IMG/VR virus record: IMGVR_UViG_3300028558_000016
Coordinates: 278,014-342,013 of that record
From: a virus
Strand: one strand, 5' to 3'
DNA: 64,000 nt
Shown here: piece by piece, positions 10,041 through 19,903 of the stretch
How the letters are laid out: each line of letters opens with the position of its first letter
Numbering within the stretch: the stretch's first letter is position 1
Made by a program: the position numbers and the translations under genes
The notes under the pieces: model-generated
Databases searched by the model: none
What the model saw: only the letters and a program-made list of their open reading frames with translations
Told to the model about the DNA's origin: nothing

Positions 10041-10333
10041 TGAACCCGACGAAGATATACCACCATACTGGAAAGCTTCCTAAGATCCACTGTGAACAAG
10101 ATTACAGGGACATTCGCATTTACATCAACAACATGTTGCACATCATAATACCTCGTCCAATTGTTTCTGAGGTGACCAAGGACAGCATAAGGCTTCAGTC
10201 CTATCTTGTTGGAAGCAGAGCAGCAAAAAGATATTTCATTGAGGTCGGTTCAGGCGAGAATGCAGACTATTACGGATACGACAACTTCGAGATGTGGAAG
10301 AAGGTATTGGAACTGCTTGATGAAAATATATAA
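10040..10333 (+). CDS. Hypothetical protein
   Basis: ORF with ATGA junction; no motif recognised. Confidence 0.4.
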   Translation: MNPTKIYHHTGKLPKIHCEQDYRDIRIYINNMLHIIIPRPIVSEVTKDSIRLQSYLVGSRAAKRYFIEVGSGENADYYGYDNFEMWKKVLELLDENI

Positions 10334-10336
10334 TTC

Positions 10337-10924
10337 ATGGAGTACAAAGAATTCAAGGATAAACACAAAGGGCAAAAGATCATGGTGGTTGGTTGTGGGA
10401 CTTCAACTGGAACGTTGACCAACCCACAAGACTACATCACAGTTGGCGTCAACGATCTATCGCGCCTCTTTCATCCCAACTACCTCGTTGTGTTGAATGA
10501 CAAATCAAGCTTTGAACACGACAGATGGCAATGGATCGAAGGAACACATTGCCCACACATATTCACACACATAAGAAATTTAGCAGTCAAGGAAGAATCA
10601 AGGATACCATTGCAGCTTGGAAGATATGGCGGAACAGACCTTAACAAGGATGCCGTCGATTACACTTCAAATTCCACCTACGTCGCCTGCATCATTGCGG
10701 CTTACATGGGAGCTTCCAAGATAGGATTGCTTGGTGTTGATTTCACTCTCAATCATTTCTTCGCACAATCAGGAGAGCATTCATTGGCTAAGAAGGCAAA
10801 CGTGATCAACATGGAATACGCAGCATTGAAGGTTGCGATGGACATGAAGGGAATAGAGTTTGTGAATCTTTCTCAAACGTCAAAGATTACTGCTTTGCCT
10901 AAGCAAACAATAGAAGAATTTTAA
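10337..10924 (+). CDS. Hypothetical Rossmann-like protein
   Basis: N-terminal IMVVGCGTS glycine-rich motif; family not identified. Confidence 0.4.
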   Translation: MEYKEFKDKHKGQKIMVVGCGTSTGTLTNPQDYITVGVNDLSRLFHPNYLVVLNDKSSFEHDRWQWIEGTHCPHIFTHIRNLAVKEESRIPLQLGRYGGTDLNKDAVDYTSNSTYVACIIAAYMGASKIGLLGVDFTLNHFFAQSGEHSLAKKANVINMEYAALKVAMDMKGIEFVNLSQTSKITALPKQTIEEF

Positions 10925-11012
10925 TATATAAACCGATTTTGCTTCTGTAAAGATACGGGAAGAAGTAGGGAATAGCTTTCACCTTCACTATGCCGTGGTT
11001 AAGACGATAATA

Positions 11013-11453
11013 ATGTCTCACGAGCGAACAGGTAGCCCCAGCAAAGTCTTTTTAAAAATAACATTTGATTCCATGCGAATAAAACTATTTGAAGAATATC
11101 TAAATGAAGGTGAAGATATTATTTCCAAGATCAAGACTGACATGGAATCTTTTAAGGTGGATGGTCAGCGACCACAAGGAGACTTATCAGTTGGAAAAGA
11201 TTCGGTTTCCGTTAGCTTCAAGCATGTTGGTAATTGGGTTCATGATGAAGAGAGACACAGCGAGGAAGAAACAGAGGATGAGGATTGGAGAGAGGATGAT
11301 GACCAAATGATTTGGGCACATGGAGAATATAAGAAGTATATGGCACAGTTTGATGAATGGGCAAAAGGAAAATCATGGTATTCAAAAGTAAAATTAGGAA
11401 TTGACACAGGTGAGAAAAACTGGACTGAGTTTTCAGTAACAATCAAAAAGTAA
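11013..11453 (+). CDS. Hypothetical acidic protein
   Basis: The track ORF begins at GTG 10995; ATG 11013 is the more plausible start. Asp/Glu-rich centre. Confidence 0.4.
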   Translation: MSHERTGSPSKVFLKITFDSMRIKLFEEYLNEGEDIISKIKTDMESFKVDGQRPQGDLSVGKDSVSVSFKHVGNWVHDEERHSEEETEDEDWREDDDQMIWAHGEYKKYMAQFDEWAKGKSWYSKVKLGIDTGEKNWTEFSVTIKK

Positions 11454-11464
11454 AATGATTTAGA

Positions 11465-11698
11465 ATGACGTACAAGGTTCAGAACAAATTCAGAATACGC
11501 GAATCATGTGGTGGATCTTATGTCGTAGTTTTCTTCTTCGAGAAGATGGTGGAAGTTACTCTGGAAACCTTGTTGGATGAATGCCCTATAGAACAATACT
11601 ACATCATCAAGGAGAAGAATCAGATCGCATTCAGACTAAAAAATTACGATGACTTTGATAAGATAGGAGATTTCGTGGAAATTAAGAACCCTCAATGA
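11465..11698 (+). CDS. Hypothetical protein (77 aa)
   Basis: ORF followed directly by an intrinsic terminator. Confidence 0.4.
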   Translation: MTYKVQNKFRIRESCGGSYVVVFFFEKMVEVTLETLLDECPIEQYYIIKEKNQIAFRLKNYDDFDKIGDFVEIKNPQ

Positions 11699-11714
11699 CT
11701 GAGGGTTTTTTTAT
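11687..11714. terminator. Bidirectional rho-independent terminator between convergent genes
   Basis: aaCCCTCAatgacTGAGGGttttttt on the plus strand; the minus-strand gene stop at 11711 abuts it. Confidence 0.7.
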
Positions 11715-12121
11715 TTTTTTGATATTGATTCTTCGAGTTCGTTTACCCAATCAGGCTTTGCAGATACAAGAACAACTATTTCATCTGTGTTTTCAACAAA
11801 CTCCAATGAATTTTCTTTAGAATTCAAATTCATTCCAAATTTTTTATTTATTACATTTATAAATTCTTTTTCTGTTTCATAGTGTTTTTTTATCCAAGCT
11901 TCATTTATTCTATCAAATTCAGTTTCTTTTAACAGATCTTCTTTTGGAAATACATTTCCGATCTCTTCTGTAGACATTTCATTTAATTCAGAAGTGATTC
12001 TTATCTGATAAGCGAGATCATCTGATATTTCCATAGAAAAACATTCCACATCTTTAATTTTTTCAATAAAAAATGGATCGCCTTCATTATCAGGATCTAA
12101 ATATATTTTAACTTGTTTCAT
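11711..12121 (-). CDS. Hypothetical protein (probable start at MKQVKIY)
   Basis: The track ORF extends to 12238. The internal ATG at 12121 gives an ATGA overlap with the upstream small gene. Confidence 0.4.
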   Translation of the reverse strand: MKQVKIYLDPDNEGDPFFIEKIKDVECFSMEISDDLAYQIRITSELNEMSTEEIGNVFPKEDLLKETEFDRINEAWIKKHYETEKEFINVINKKFGMNLNSKENSLEFVENTDEIVVLVSAKPDWVNELEESISKK

Positions 12122-12303
12122 TGTTCTTCTTCTCTTGCAAGCCATGCCCACAGAAGTCCAAGTGGAACTCCAAACATTCCTGCAATCATTAATGCCTTTT
12201 CTGTCGTAACATCTTTCCTTGCTAATGATCCTATGCATGATATAACCACCACAACAAGGAACACGCTCCAGTTAAACGATTTAAAGTATTTTATTATTTT
12301 CAT
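12118..12303 (-). CDS. Small membrane protein (61 aa)
   Basis: Two hydrophobic helices (VFLVVVVISCIG..., GMFGVPLGLLWAWL). Confidence 0.35.
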   Translation of the reverse strand: MKIIKYFKSFNWSVFLVVVVISCIGSLARKDVTTEKALMIAGMFGVPLGLLWAWLAREEEQ

Positions 12304-12731
12304 AATACGTCTTGATGTTTAAAATCGTCTTCAATGCTGTATTGCTTTATTTTTCTGTACAACGTTCTCTCGCTCATGGTAAGAAGCAAAGCCGCTTTCT
12401 TTCTATTTCCATTACATTGTTTCAATGCTCTTAAGACCAAGGTTTTTTCCCAATCAACACCCAAAGGAATTTCTTCTATGACGCTGAATGTTTCCATTTT
12501 TTTAAGATGAGGAGAATAGTCTGGATCGTTTCTCAGTATAGCATTTGCCAATTCATTATAATCGATCACAAGCTTGGTGTAATCAACTTTTGCGTCTCCT
12601 ACTATTTCAGGTCCATTGATCAGGTCCAATAATTGGTCTTCAGCAGCATCCTGTGTGATGTCTCTGTTTCTGAACTTGATAAGAATATTTCTTACCACAG
12701 CTGAATATTTCATTTCGTCAAATCCTGTCAT
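12300..12731 (-). CDS. DNA-binding protein with C-terminal Fis/NtrC-type helix-turn-helix
   Basis: C-terminus LVLRALKQCNGNRKKAALLLTMSERTLYRKIKQY matches the HTH_8 pattern. Confidence 0.45.
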   Translation of the reverse strand: MTGFDEMKYSAVVRNILIKFRNRDITQDAAEDQLLDLINGPEIVGDAKVDYTKLVIDYNELANAILRNDPDYSPHLKKMETFSVIEEIPLGVDWEKTLVLRALKQCNGNRKKAALLLTMSERTLYRKIKQYSIEDDFKHQDVL

Positions 12732-13069
12732 AACATTATATTACCTTCACTTCCATTTACTGTAACCACCTCATCGTTGAATGAACCTGGCATTATCATT
12801 GCAGTTGACTCTATTCCCATCATGACAACTGGTTTAAGGTTGGTGATGAACATGAAGCTCTTAGGACATAGTTTGTCTTTCCATAATTCTCCCAATTGAG
12901 GCTTTATGTTTGTCACAACTGTTCTTGTATCACCGTCTCCAAACTCAACTGTCAGCTTTAACAGCTTGGATGATTTTGGAACTTCTTCTGCATGGGTGAT
13001 GAATCCAACTTTAATCTCAAGCTTCTTTTCAAGCTCAAGGAATTCCGTAAATTCTATTTGTTCTTTCAT
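12728..13069 (-). CDS. Hypothetical protein
   Basis: ORF; no motif recognised. Confidence 0.4.
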   Translation of the reverse strand: MKEQIEFTEFLELEKKLEIKVGFITHAEEVPKSSKLLKLTVEFGDGDTRTVVTNIKPQLGELWKDKLCPKSFMFITNLKPVVMMGIESTAMIMPGSFNDEVVTVNGSEGNIML

Positions 13070-13070
13070 A

Positions 13071-14042
13071 TTATTCTGTTTCAGTTTCTTTTGTTATTTC
13101 TTTTACTGCTCCTTCTCCAAGGAACTCAATCACCTTCTCGAGGGTGAGATCACAATATTCGTCAATCCAATCTCCGATGTAATAAAGCTTTCTGCTTCCA
13201 ATAACAACCCCAAACAGGATTGGATCTCTTTTTCTTGCAGTCTCTATAATCTTTTCTTCAACGGTTTGTTCGCTTCCTTTTCCATCTGGATCGTAATGAA
13301 GCACGACGTAGTTGTCGAATATGTGGCGGTCATCTGCTTTAATCTTCTTCTCTGCAACGTCATCTGGAATGATCCTCACGAAGTTCTTTATCCAATCAAG
13401 GCGAAGAGCCTTAGGGGATTTCTTTATGAACTTAATTATGTTGTCTTCTGACAAGTACTTGGTCATTCCAATTGCATACAACTGAGCTTCGGCCCTGTAC
13501 ATCTCGATGTCAAATGCCATTGACTGCATCAACGATACTTGTCCAAGTTGTTTAAGCTTTTTAATTGCGGCATCGTAACCTTCTATTTTTTCTCTTACGA
13601 GAACGATTTCTTCCACGCTGTTCTTAACAGAGTTAAAGAATTCTTCTACAGACATTTCAGGTTGAGGTTCTTCTTCTGGCAGCTTGTGTATTTCCATGTT
13701 TGGCACTTGCGCCATGTCCTGCTCCATGCGTATTCGTTCTGCTTCCTTCTTCCTCTTGGACTTACCAAATATCCTTTCAATTATTCCGGGCTTGTTTCCT
13801 GAGTCTCCCATTCCTCCAGCCTGGAATGATCCAGACACAGTTGTTATTGGCCAACCAATAGGAGTGATAAACGAATCGCTTCCTACAACCAATTTGCCTT
13901 CAGGATTTCTTGTGATGTTGTTGTATATCATCATGTGAGCTCCTTCTTCCATTCGGTGTCTCCACTTAGGAAGTTGATAATCCACCTCGAATGCTTCAAA
14001 CACTCTTAATGATTTCTTGTCGTGTGCTAATGTGCTGCTCAT
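13071..14042 (-). CDS. Hypothetical protein (323 aa)
   Basis: ORF; no motif recognised. Confidence 0.45.
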   Translation of the reverse strand: MSSTLAHDKKSLRVFEAFEVDYQLPKWRHRMEEGAHMMIYNNITRNPEGKLVVGSDSFITPIGWPITTVSGSFQAGGMGDSGNKPGIIERIFGKSKRKKEAERIRMEQDMAQVPNMEIHKLPEEEPQPEMSVEEFFNSVKNSVEEIVLVREKIEGYDAAIKKLKQLGQVSLMQSMAFDIEMYRAEAQLYAIGMTKYLSEDNIIKFIKKSPKALRLDWIKNFVRIIPDDVAEKKIKADDRHIFDNYVVLHYDPDGKGSEQTVEEKIIETARKRDPILFGVVIGSRKLYYIGDWIDEYCDLTLEKVIEFLGEGAVKEITKETETE

Positions 14043-14272
14043 TTTATCCTTGCGTTAATTCGTTTAGTAATACGTTTGACCACCTTTTCCAATCCAGCCA
14101 TGTCTCCAAGTTCTTCCGGATTCTTCAAAGCTTTCTTAATTAAGTCAGGTTTGAAAAATGAAGGATCAACATCGCCCCAATCATCTTTCTTAAACTCATC
14201 ATAGATGATCTTGGATATTTCTTCTTCTGTGAACTGCTTCACTTCCTTTTGTTTTGTTCCTGGGAATGCCAT
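14039..14272 (-). CDS. Hypothetical protein
   Basis: ORF with overlap junctions. Confidence 0.35.
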   Translation of the reverse strand: MAFPGTKQKEVKQFTEEEISKIIYDEFKKDDWGDVDPSFFKPDLIKKALKNPEELGDMAGLEKVVKRITKRINARIK

Positions 14273-14718
14273 TAGTTCTTTTTATGTTTTGTTACTACCA
14301 CTTCAATGTCATTGAATTTTCCAACATTGGATAAGAGAGTTGAAACTTCGTTTGTGTCGTCGTCGCCCCAATATTCTATGTTGAGCTTCCAATCAGTAAG
14401 CGTTATGTTAACGTTCAAATGATTTTCAAATGCGTCATTTTTCTTCTGCTTGGTTGTTATGTAAAAATTTGCTTCTTTGAACGTAAGGTCTCTTGGATAT
14501 GGAAGTGATATTAGCTTCAACAGCTTTTCCTTTGTTGGTTCTTCTATTGCTGCTTCTATTCGAGACGAAACTTTATATGCCAACGTTGGGTGATCTGCCT
14601 GACGGGTTAGAACTCCTTCAACGCTTGTCACGAAAGCTTTTATGGAGCTTGGCTCAGGTAGAAATTTTAAGATTCCTTCCATTGTTGCGTAATTTGCTGG
14701 TGATATTACTTGAAACAT
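14272..14718 (-). CDS. Hypothetical protein
   Basis: ORF; no motif recognised. Confidence 0.4.
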   Translation of the reverse strand: MFQVISPANYATMEGILKFLPEPSSIKAFVTSVEGVLTRQADHPTLAYKVSSRIEAAIEEPTKEKLLKLISLPYPRDLTFKEANFYITTKQKKNDAFENHLNVNITLTDWKLNIEYWGDDDTNEVSTLLSNVGKFNDIEVVVTKHKKN

Positions 14719-14719
14719 T

Positions 14720-15211
14720 TTATTTTGCTTTAATTTTTAAATACTCATCATGCAAGTCTGCTAACACCGGTGCTGTCAAAAATAACAATCCAAACACTGC
14801 CAAGCTTATTATGCTTAATATAGGAGTTGATAATCCCAACGCTGCAAGCAATAACCATTTGGCCAAATATATTCCGCATACAACAGTTCTAATTCTCGAG
14901 GTCTTTCTTTGTCTTGGAGTTCCTCTTACAGCAGTCTCCATTCTATCCATATCCTCATGCATTTTTCTAAGAAGATCTTTCAACGCGGCATCATATTCCG
15001 CTTGCGTGTATTCTCTATTTGACATTGGTCCTGTTCCAGGTTTCTTTAAAAGAATTTCCTTTGCAGACAAAAGCTTTTTGAAGTTCTCTTCACTTCCACC
15101 TTTATCTGGGTGGTGTTTCATTGCAAGTTTCTTAAAGGCTTTATTTATTTCCTTTTCATCCTTGCATGTAGTTGGAAGTTCCAACAGCTTGTATGCATTT
15201 TCCTTCGTCAT
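14720..15211 (-). CDS. J-domain (DnaJ-like) co-chaperone with C-terminal membrane anchor
   Basis: YKLLELP...KAFKKLAMKHHPDKGG carries the HPD tripeptide of a J-domain; hydrophobic C-terminal segment. Confidence 0.7.
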   Translation of the reverse strand: MTKENAYKLLELPTTCKDEKEINKAFKKLAMKHHPDKGGSEENFKKLLSAKEILLKKPGTGPMSNREYTQAEYDAALKDLLRKMHEDMDRMETAVRGTPRQRKTSRIRTVVCGIYLAKWLLLAALGLSTPILSIISLAVFGLLFLTAPVLADLHDEYLKIKAK

Positions 15212-15213
15212 CG

Positions 15214-15897
15214 TTAAATATTGTCTGCTATTCCGTTGTCTACTTCGATTGTTATAGAACCGTCTAAAATTCCATCAACAAGTCCTTGAATATCTGCGCT
15301 TGGTCCGCTCCCATACGATTTGCCATACTTGCTTCCTTCCGGAATTTGAAAGTCAAATGATTTGGTGTAGGTCTTGCTCTGAATCTTTTCCTTCATGCAA
15401 TGAATTGTTTCTTCTGGAATCTCATGTATGTCACCAAGAACTTGCACAGCCTTTAATAATCCATCCATTGGATCATCTTCTCTTCTGGAATTTCTTTCTT
15501 GATTTGCTATTCCACATTCTGTTATTCTGTTCTTTTCAAATGCAGCTTCGATCCTTTCTATTTCATTTGCAGTATATCCGGTTAATTCAGCTTGTTGCAA
15601 TGCTACATCTTCTCTGTAGTTGAATCTTCCATTCCTTCTGAAATATTCTGAGTCTTGGACTTGACTTATGTTATCCTTGTTTATTCCGGTCAATACTCTT
15701 TCACGAATGACGTTCATCAATGCCACCCAAGCTCCAACGGTTCCTCCTGTTTTTGCGTCATAGTTATAAGTTCCTTGTGAGTATGCAATTAGATTTCCAA
15801 CAGCACAGTTGCAAGGAGACAAGTGTCTTAAATTTCCGTTCTCGTATGCGTCAACTAATATGTCAACGCTTCTTACGAATTGTTCAGGGTTTTTCAT
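15214..15897 (-). CDS. Hypothetical protein
   Basis: ORF; no motif recognised. Confidence 0.45.
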   Translation of the reverse strand: MKNPEQFVRSVDILVDAYENGNLRHLSPCNCAVGNLIAYSQGTYNYDAKTGGTVGAWVALMNVIRERVLTGINKDNISQVQDSEYFRRNGRFNYREDVALQQAELTGYTANEIERIEAAFEKNRITECGIANQERNSRREDDPMDGLLKAVQVLGDIHEIPEETIHCMKEKIQSKTYTKSFDFQIPEGSKYGKSYGSGPSADIQGLVDGILDGSITIEVDNGIADNI

Positions 15898-16520
15898 ATA
15901 TTGTAAAATAATCTGTTCTTAAACATCTCCAACATTTCTAATTTTCTTTTTTCTGTCAGTTCAGGAAGTTTTCCCCATTTCTTAGGAATGTCCTGATCAT
16001 CTTTTACGTCCCATGGTTTTCCAATCAACATCAATGAAACACAAACACCATCAATAGGTCTTACATAATGCCAACCCAATGGATCGAGCATCTCATAATA
16101 ATTATTTCCTGTCATTTCAACTTTTGCAATCTCTCTAACAACAACGGTGTGTTTATTCTCGTCTTCTCCAACCACCTTCAAAGCTTTGCTTACTTTATCC
16201 TTATGCTTTTCCCAATCAGAAGAATCTTGTCTCAACACATTTAATTCAACGAATCCTGGAGAGTGTCTCGTTCCTAATCCCATCTCATATTTTCCAGACA
16301 ACACATGCATTGCAGATGGCCATGGATGAGGATGGTATAAAGCTTCCTCTGGTTTGCATGGATGAATCACGTGCAACATCAATCGTGCATCAACGATTTG
16401 CGTCCACAGACGTTCAACTCTTGGATGGTGATAATTCACATCAAGAGTGTTCCATATTGATGGGTTCCTTAAAAGGTCCATCAATACGGTTTGCTCTATA
16501 TGTTTTAAGTCTTCGATCAT
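15894..16520 (-). CDS. Hypothetical protein, His-rich (possible cupin-like metal site)
   Basis: HVIHPCKPEEALYHPHPWPSAMHVLSG histidine cluster; weak. Confidence 0.35.
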   Translation of the reverse strand: MIEDLKHIEQTVLMDLLRNPSIWNTLDVNYHHPRVERLWTQIVDARLMLHVIHPCKPEEALYHPHPWPSAMHVLSGKYEMGLGTRHSPGFVELNVLRQDSSDWEKHKDKVSKALKVVGEDENKHTVVVREIAKVEMTGNNYYEMLDPLGWHYVRPIDGVCVSLMLIGKPWDVKDDQDIPKKWGKLPELTEKRKLEMLEMFKNRLFYNI

Positions 16521-16525
16521 ATTAA

Positions 16526-17761
16526 TTACATTAAGTGTGTATAGTCACCTGTGTAGCTTTGTTTGTATTTCCAATTAACAGTGTCGGCCGATTCAACACG
16601 GTACACAGTGTGCTTGATTGTGATTTTCGGTTTTTGTTTAGGTTCTTTTGTTGCTTTAGCCGGATCAGAAACTTCTTCAGATCCTTTTGCCACCCTGCGT
16701 CTTGCTTTTCTGATTGGTTTTCCATCTTCTTCTCTTGACTCAACCTTAATGGTGCAATAATCTATAACCTCTATGATTATTCCAAGGTTGTCGTTTCCTG
16801 CATAGAAATAGTTTCCAAGGATTTGTTCTTCCTCTACATCGATCTTACGAGGAGAAATCACGGCACCCTTTTTGAATTCAGTCAGATTTCCTTGTTCATC
16901 AACTATGGAGATGTTGAACTTGCCTGTTATCTTCTTAACGTTGAACACGTCTTTGAACATCGCAGTGGACTCATTGTGGATGTTGACCTCATCAATGATG
17001 GAATTAACTATGTCAACCGTTATGAGCTCAAGATTAGAAATGAACTTCATGCAATCATCCTTGAATTTCTTGTGGATGAGTCTGTCGTCTATGATCTCTT
17101 CAACAATCTCTGCTGGAAGATCTCCAAACGTTTTCAGGTAACGAATCCTTCCTGGGCGTTGTAATAAGTTTTCGTTTATGTATAGCTTATTTGTCGTAAG
17201 CATGAATGCTCTTCTGCAATCAGAATTCAGTGCTCCATCCATTATGGTTAGCATGTCAGCTTCTTCTCCGAACACCTTCTCATATTCGTCTATGAATATG
17301 ATGATGTCTTGTGGAATTGAGTTCAAGAAGAAATGGGATCCATCTATGAAGTGAGTCACCAAGATGATTGGCATCTTTAATTCGTTGCAAATTATCTTTG
17401 CCGTGACGGTCTTTCCAGTTCCTTTAACTCCATTGAAAAGCATTCCAAGATTTCCTTTAGTTGCACTGTAAGTCTTGGTTGCTCTTTTTACAAGCGCAGT
17501 TTCCAAACCATACAGCTTGTAATCGAAAGAAAAGAATTCTTCCTTCTTCTCGAGATAGAATCCGTAGATGTCTATTTCAAGAGTGTACACAGCATTTTCC
17601 AATTTTGGTTGCTGCTTTGCAAGGTCCTTGAGCCTGAACACGTCGCCGTTCTCATGCCAAACCTTGTCTACTCTTATACGGCGTTTTCCTCTTGGCGGTG
17701 CGTATTCCATTTTTAGTGCTGAAACATTTACTTCTCCTGTTTCTTCTGCTCTTGTGCCCAT
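16526..17761 (-). CDS. Classic-clade AAA ATPase
   Basis: Walker A GVKGTGKT, Walker B IIFIDEYEK, and TTN...NENLLQRPGRIRY second region of homology. Confidence 0.7.
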   Translation of the reverse strand: MGTRAEETGEVNVSALKMEYAPPRGKRRIRVDKVWHENGDVFRLKDLAKQQPKLENAVYTLEIDIYGFYLEKKEEFFSFDYKLYGLETALVKRATKTYSATKGNLGMLFNGVKGTGKTVTAKIICNELKMPIILVTHFIDGSHFFLNSIPQDIIIFIDEYEKVFGEEADMLTIMDGALNSDCRRAFMLTTNKLYINENLLQRPGRIRYLKTFGDLPAEIVEEIIDDRLIHKKFKDDCMKFISNLELITVDIVNSIIDEVNIHNESTAMFKDVFNVKKITGKFNISIVDEQGNLTEFKKGAVISPRKIDVEEEQILGNYFYAGNDNLGIIIEVIDYCTIKVESREEDGKPIRKARRRVAKGSEEVSDPAKATKEPKQKPKITIKHTVYRVESADTVNWKYKQSYTGDYTHLM

Positions 17762-17764
17762 AAT

Positions 17765-18160
17765 TTATATTTGTTTTAGTGTTAGTTTTCCGTCTTCGTC
17801 TCTTTCAATTGAATCTTTTGAATAGTAGCCATTTCCAATTTCGTAATCCTTTCCGTCTGTCATGAATACGTATTGTCCTATTTTAGGATCATTCTCGTTT
17901 TCAAATCTTGCTGCCATCTCAGGTAAAACCCATATCTTCTTCTTGATGGCCAATGCAATCTTCCTTAGTGCAATCTCATCAAGCGTTATGTCAAGGTCGC
18001 CAAACCAAACCTTCTCAAGTTTTCCATCAGACTCAGCGACTATGTTGGCGTTGAATACTGCTATGCTCTTTGGATTTTGTTTTCTATAACCAGACTTGCT
18101 TCCTGAGATCATTCTTCCATTTATTCCTAAGTGCTCAAGAAATATTTTATCCGTTTTCAT
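17765..18160 (-). CDS. Hypothetical protein
   Basis: ORF; no motif recognised. Confidence 0.4.
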   Translation of the reverse strand: MKTDKIFLEHLGINGRMISGSKSGYRKQNPKSIAVFNANIVAESDGKLEKVWFGDLDITLDEIALRKIALAIKKKIWVLPEMAARFENENDPKIGQYVFMTDGKDYEIGNGYYSKDSIERDEDGKLTLKQI

Positions 18161-18408
18161 TTGTCACATGAGTTGCCGACGTTGCTAATAGAATCTGACT
18201 TCCAAGTATATTTTGCTTCCTGCGTGATTATCTTTGACGAATCAATCTGCCAAACATATTTCGTTTGCATGGTTTGTTCGTGTGCCTGTTTTGTTTTTTC
18301 TTGTTCTCGTTTTACCTTTCCATCGGAAATAATATCCAATCCTATAATAGAAACAAAACTTGCGGCGACTATTCCTATGATGTAAACTATTGCTCTATTA
18401 TGTTCCAT
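18157..18408 (-). CDS. Small membrane protein
   Basis: N-terminal hydrophobic helix; ATGA junctions. Confidence 0.35.
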   Translation of the reverse strand: MEHNRAIVYIIGIVAASFVSIIGLDIISDGKVKREQEKTKQAHEQTMQTKYVWQIDSSKIITQEAKYTWKSDSISNVGNSCDK

Positions 18409-18776
18409 TACATTGTTGGGTTTTTAGGGGTTAAGAATCCACAGCTGTGCAACCTAACGAGATTGTCAACGTATGAAATTCCATTTTTCGTCAATTCATT
18501 TTCTGCTTCTTCTTTTCCGTTCATGCACACCCATAACGCGTATGGTTTATCTTCTTCATCTTGAGGATGAAATGCTCTTAGCTTTCCTCCAAACGCATTT
18601 ATTGGAATTGCTATTAAATGTATTCGACTATTAATGTCTCTTAGCATTTGTTCAGCCTCAGGCAAACTTCCATTTCCTTGCTTCAGTTCATCTACAAGAA
18701 TCTGTCCAACAAATCCAGCATGGTTGTTCTCCTGGTTGTTGACTGCCAAATTCATTCTATTGATTACGTCTTTCAT
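18408..18776 (-). CDS. Hypothetical protein
   Basis: ORF; no motif recognised. Confidence 0.4.
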   Translation of the reverse strand: MKDVINRMNLAVNNQENNHAGFVGQILVDELKQGNGSLPEAEQMLRDINSRIHLIAIPINAFGGKLRAFHPQDEEDKPYALWVCMNGKEEAENELTKNGISYVDNLVRLHSCGFLTPKNPTM

Positions 18777-19903
18777 TTGAAAATTTTTCTTATTCCATTA
18801 TTTAATTTCTCACACAGACCTGGTTCAACCTCTTCAGGAAGATTAAAATTGTTGTCATACAGAGTTTTAAGCTCCTTCAACTTGCTGTCGCAAGTGTCAA
18901 GCAATTCTTGCAATGAAACTTCTCCCTTGCGTATCTTAAGAAGCTCAGTGGCTTCCGGCCTGCGTGATACAATTCCTTTTCCAAGTGCAATGTCCGTTGC
19001 CATGTTGATAAGACGTTGCATGTGAAGCATATTCTTTCCATCAATCTTTTGTTCGTGACCTTGAACGTCCACCCATCTCGCTTCATTCTTTTCTTTTAAC
19101 CACGTTTGATAAGATCTGTATTCATCACAATGCAGCATCCAAGCGCTTTCATTAAACATTAAAACTGCAACAGGCTCTGCCTCTACGGAAACTTCTGACA
19201 CTCTCAAAGATGTCGATGACTCGTCATCGTTGGTCATTCCTCTTCCTTCGCCCACATATATTCCAAAGTTGTGGTGAGTATGTGGAAGTCTTACAAGACC
19301 TATTTTTGTTGAATCTATTAATGGATTCTTATCAAGCCATTCTTTAATGGTAATGGTTCCTTGCTTATAGGATACGTAGCAGAAATCAAGAATTGTTTTT
19401 CTCTCAAATCTTTCCTTTTCCCAATTCTGTTTCTTATTTTTTCCATGTGCCTTTGCGGTTTGCTCCATTGCATATCCGCTAAAACTCAGGAATGATTTCT
19501 TTGTTATGAACTTCTTGTGATTGAGCAGTATGCTATCCATCAAAGGATGTTTGTATACAATGCAATCCTCAGGTATGTCAAATATCTCAAGCGAGTTAGG
19601 ATTGTTCTTCTCAAGCATTTGAAGAAACTTTCTCAGCTCATAGAATTTCATCTCACATTCTTTTCCATCAGGTAGTTCAAATTTGCCGGTCTCAACCTCT
19701 TCCCAATCGGGAGTGTAGTTAAGATCTGAGAAATCCTCGTCAGGCATTATGAATATTCCTTTGTGATCAACGTCAGAGTCAGGACGGTTTGTTCCATACA
19801 TCTGCGAACCTGAGACGTACTCCAAAAGAATGAGGCCTTTTTTTCTGAGATCATCAACGGTGTATCTCCGTTTCTTTATTTTATTTTCCGTCTTTGCTAC
19901 CAT
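18773..19903 (-). CDS. Pol-beta superfamily nucleotidyltransferase (resembles 'predicted nucleotidyltransferase' proteins often linked to RNA-repair ligases)
   Basis: GSQMYGTNRPDSDVDHKGIFIMP is a GS...D.D nucleotidyltransferase signature; 376 aa with a helical C-terminal region. Confidence 0.55.
   Translation of the reverse strand: MVAKTENKIKKRRYTVDDLRKKGLILLEYVSGSQMYGTNRPDSDVDHKGIFIMPDEDFSDLNYTPDWEEVETGKFELPDGKECEMKFYELRKFLQMLEKNNPNSLEIFDIPEDCIVYKHPLMDSILLNHKKFITKKSFLSFSGYAMEQTAKAHGKNKKQNWEKERFERKTILDFCYVSYKQGTITIKEWLDKNPLIDSTKIGLVRLPHTHHNFGIYVGEGRGMTNDDESSTSLRVSEVSVEAEPVAVLMFNESAWMLHCDEYRSYQTWLKEKNEARWVDVQGHEQKIDGKNMLHMQRLINMATDIALGKGIVSRRPEATELLKIRKGEVSLQELLDTCDSKLKELKTLYDNNFNLPEEVEPGLCEKLNNGIRKIFK

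Noticed and set aside
12300-12731. Considered calling the Fis-type HTH protein a sigma-54 activator.
   Set aside because: Only the C-terminal HTH is recognisable; there is no AAA+ sigma-54 interaction domain (no GAFTGA).
16531-17164. Nested ORFs on both strands within the AAA ATPase gene 16526..17761 (16531..16743, 16535..16738, 16563..16760, 16823..17164, 16872..17141).
   Set aside because: They are embedded in a well-supported gene with conserved motifs and have no independent signals.
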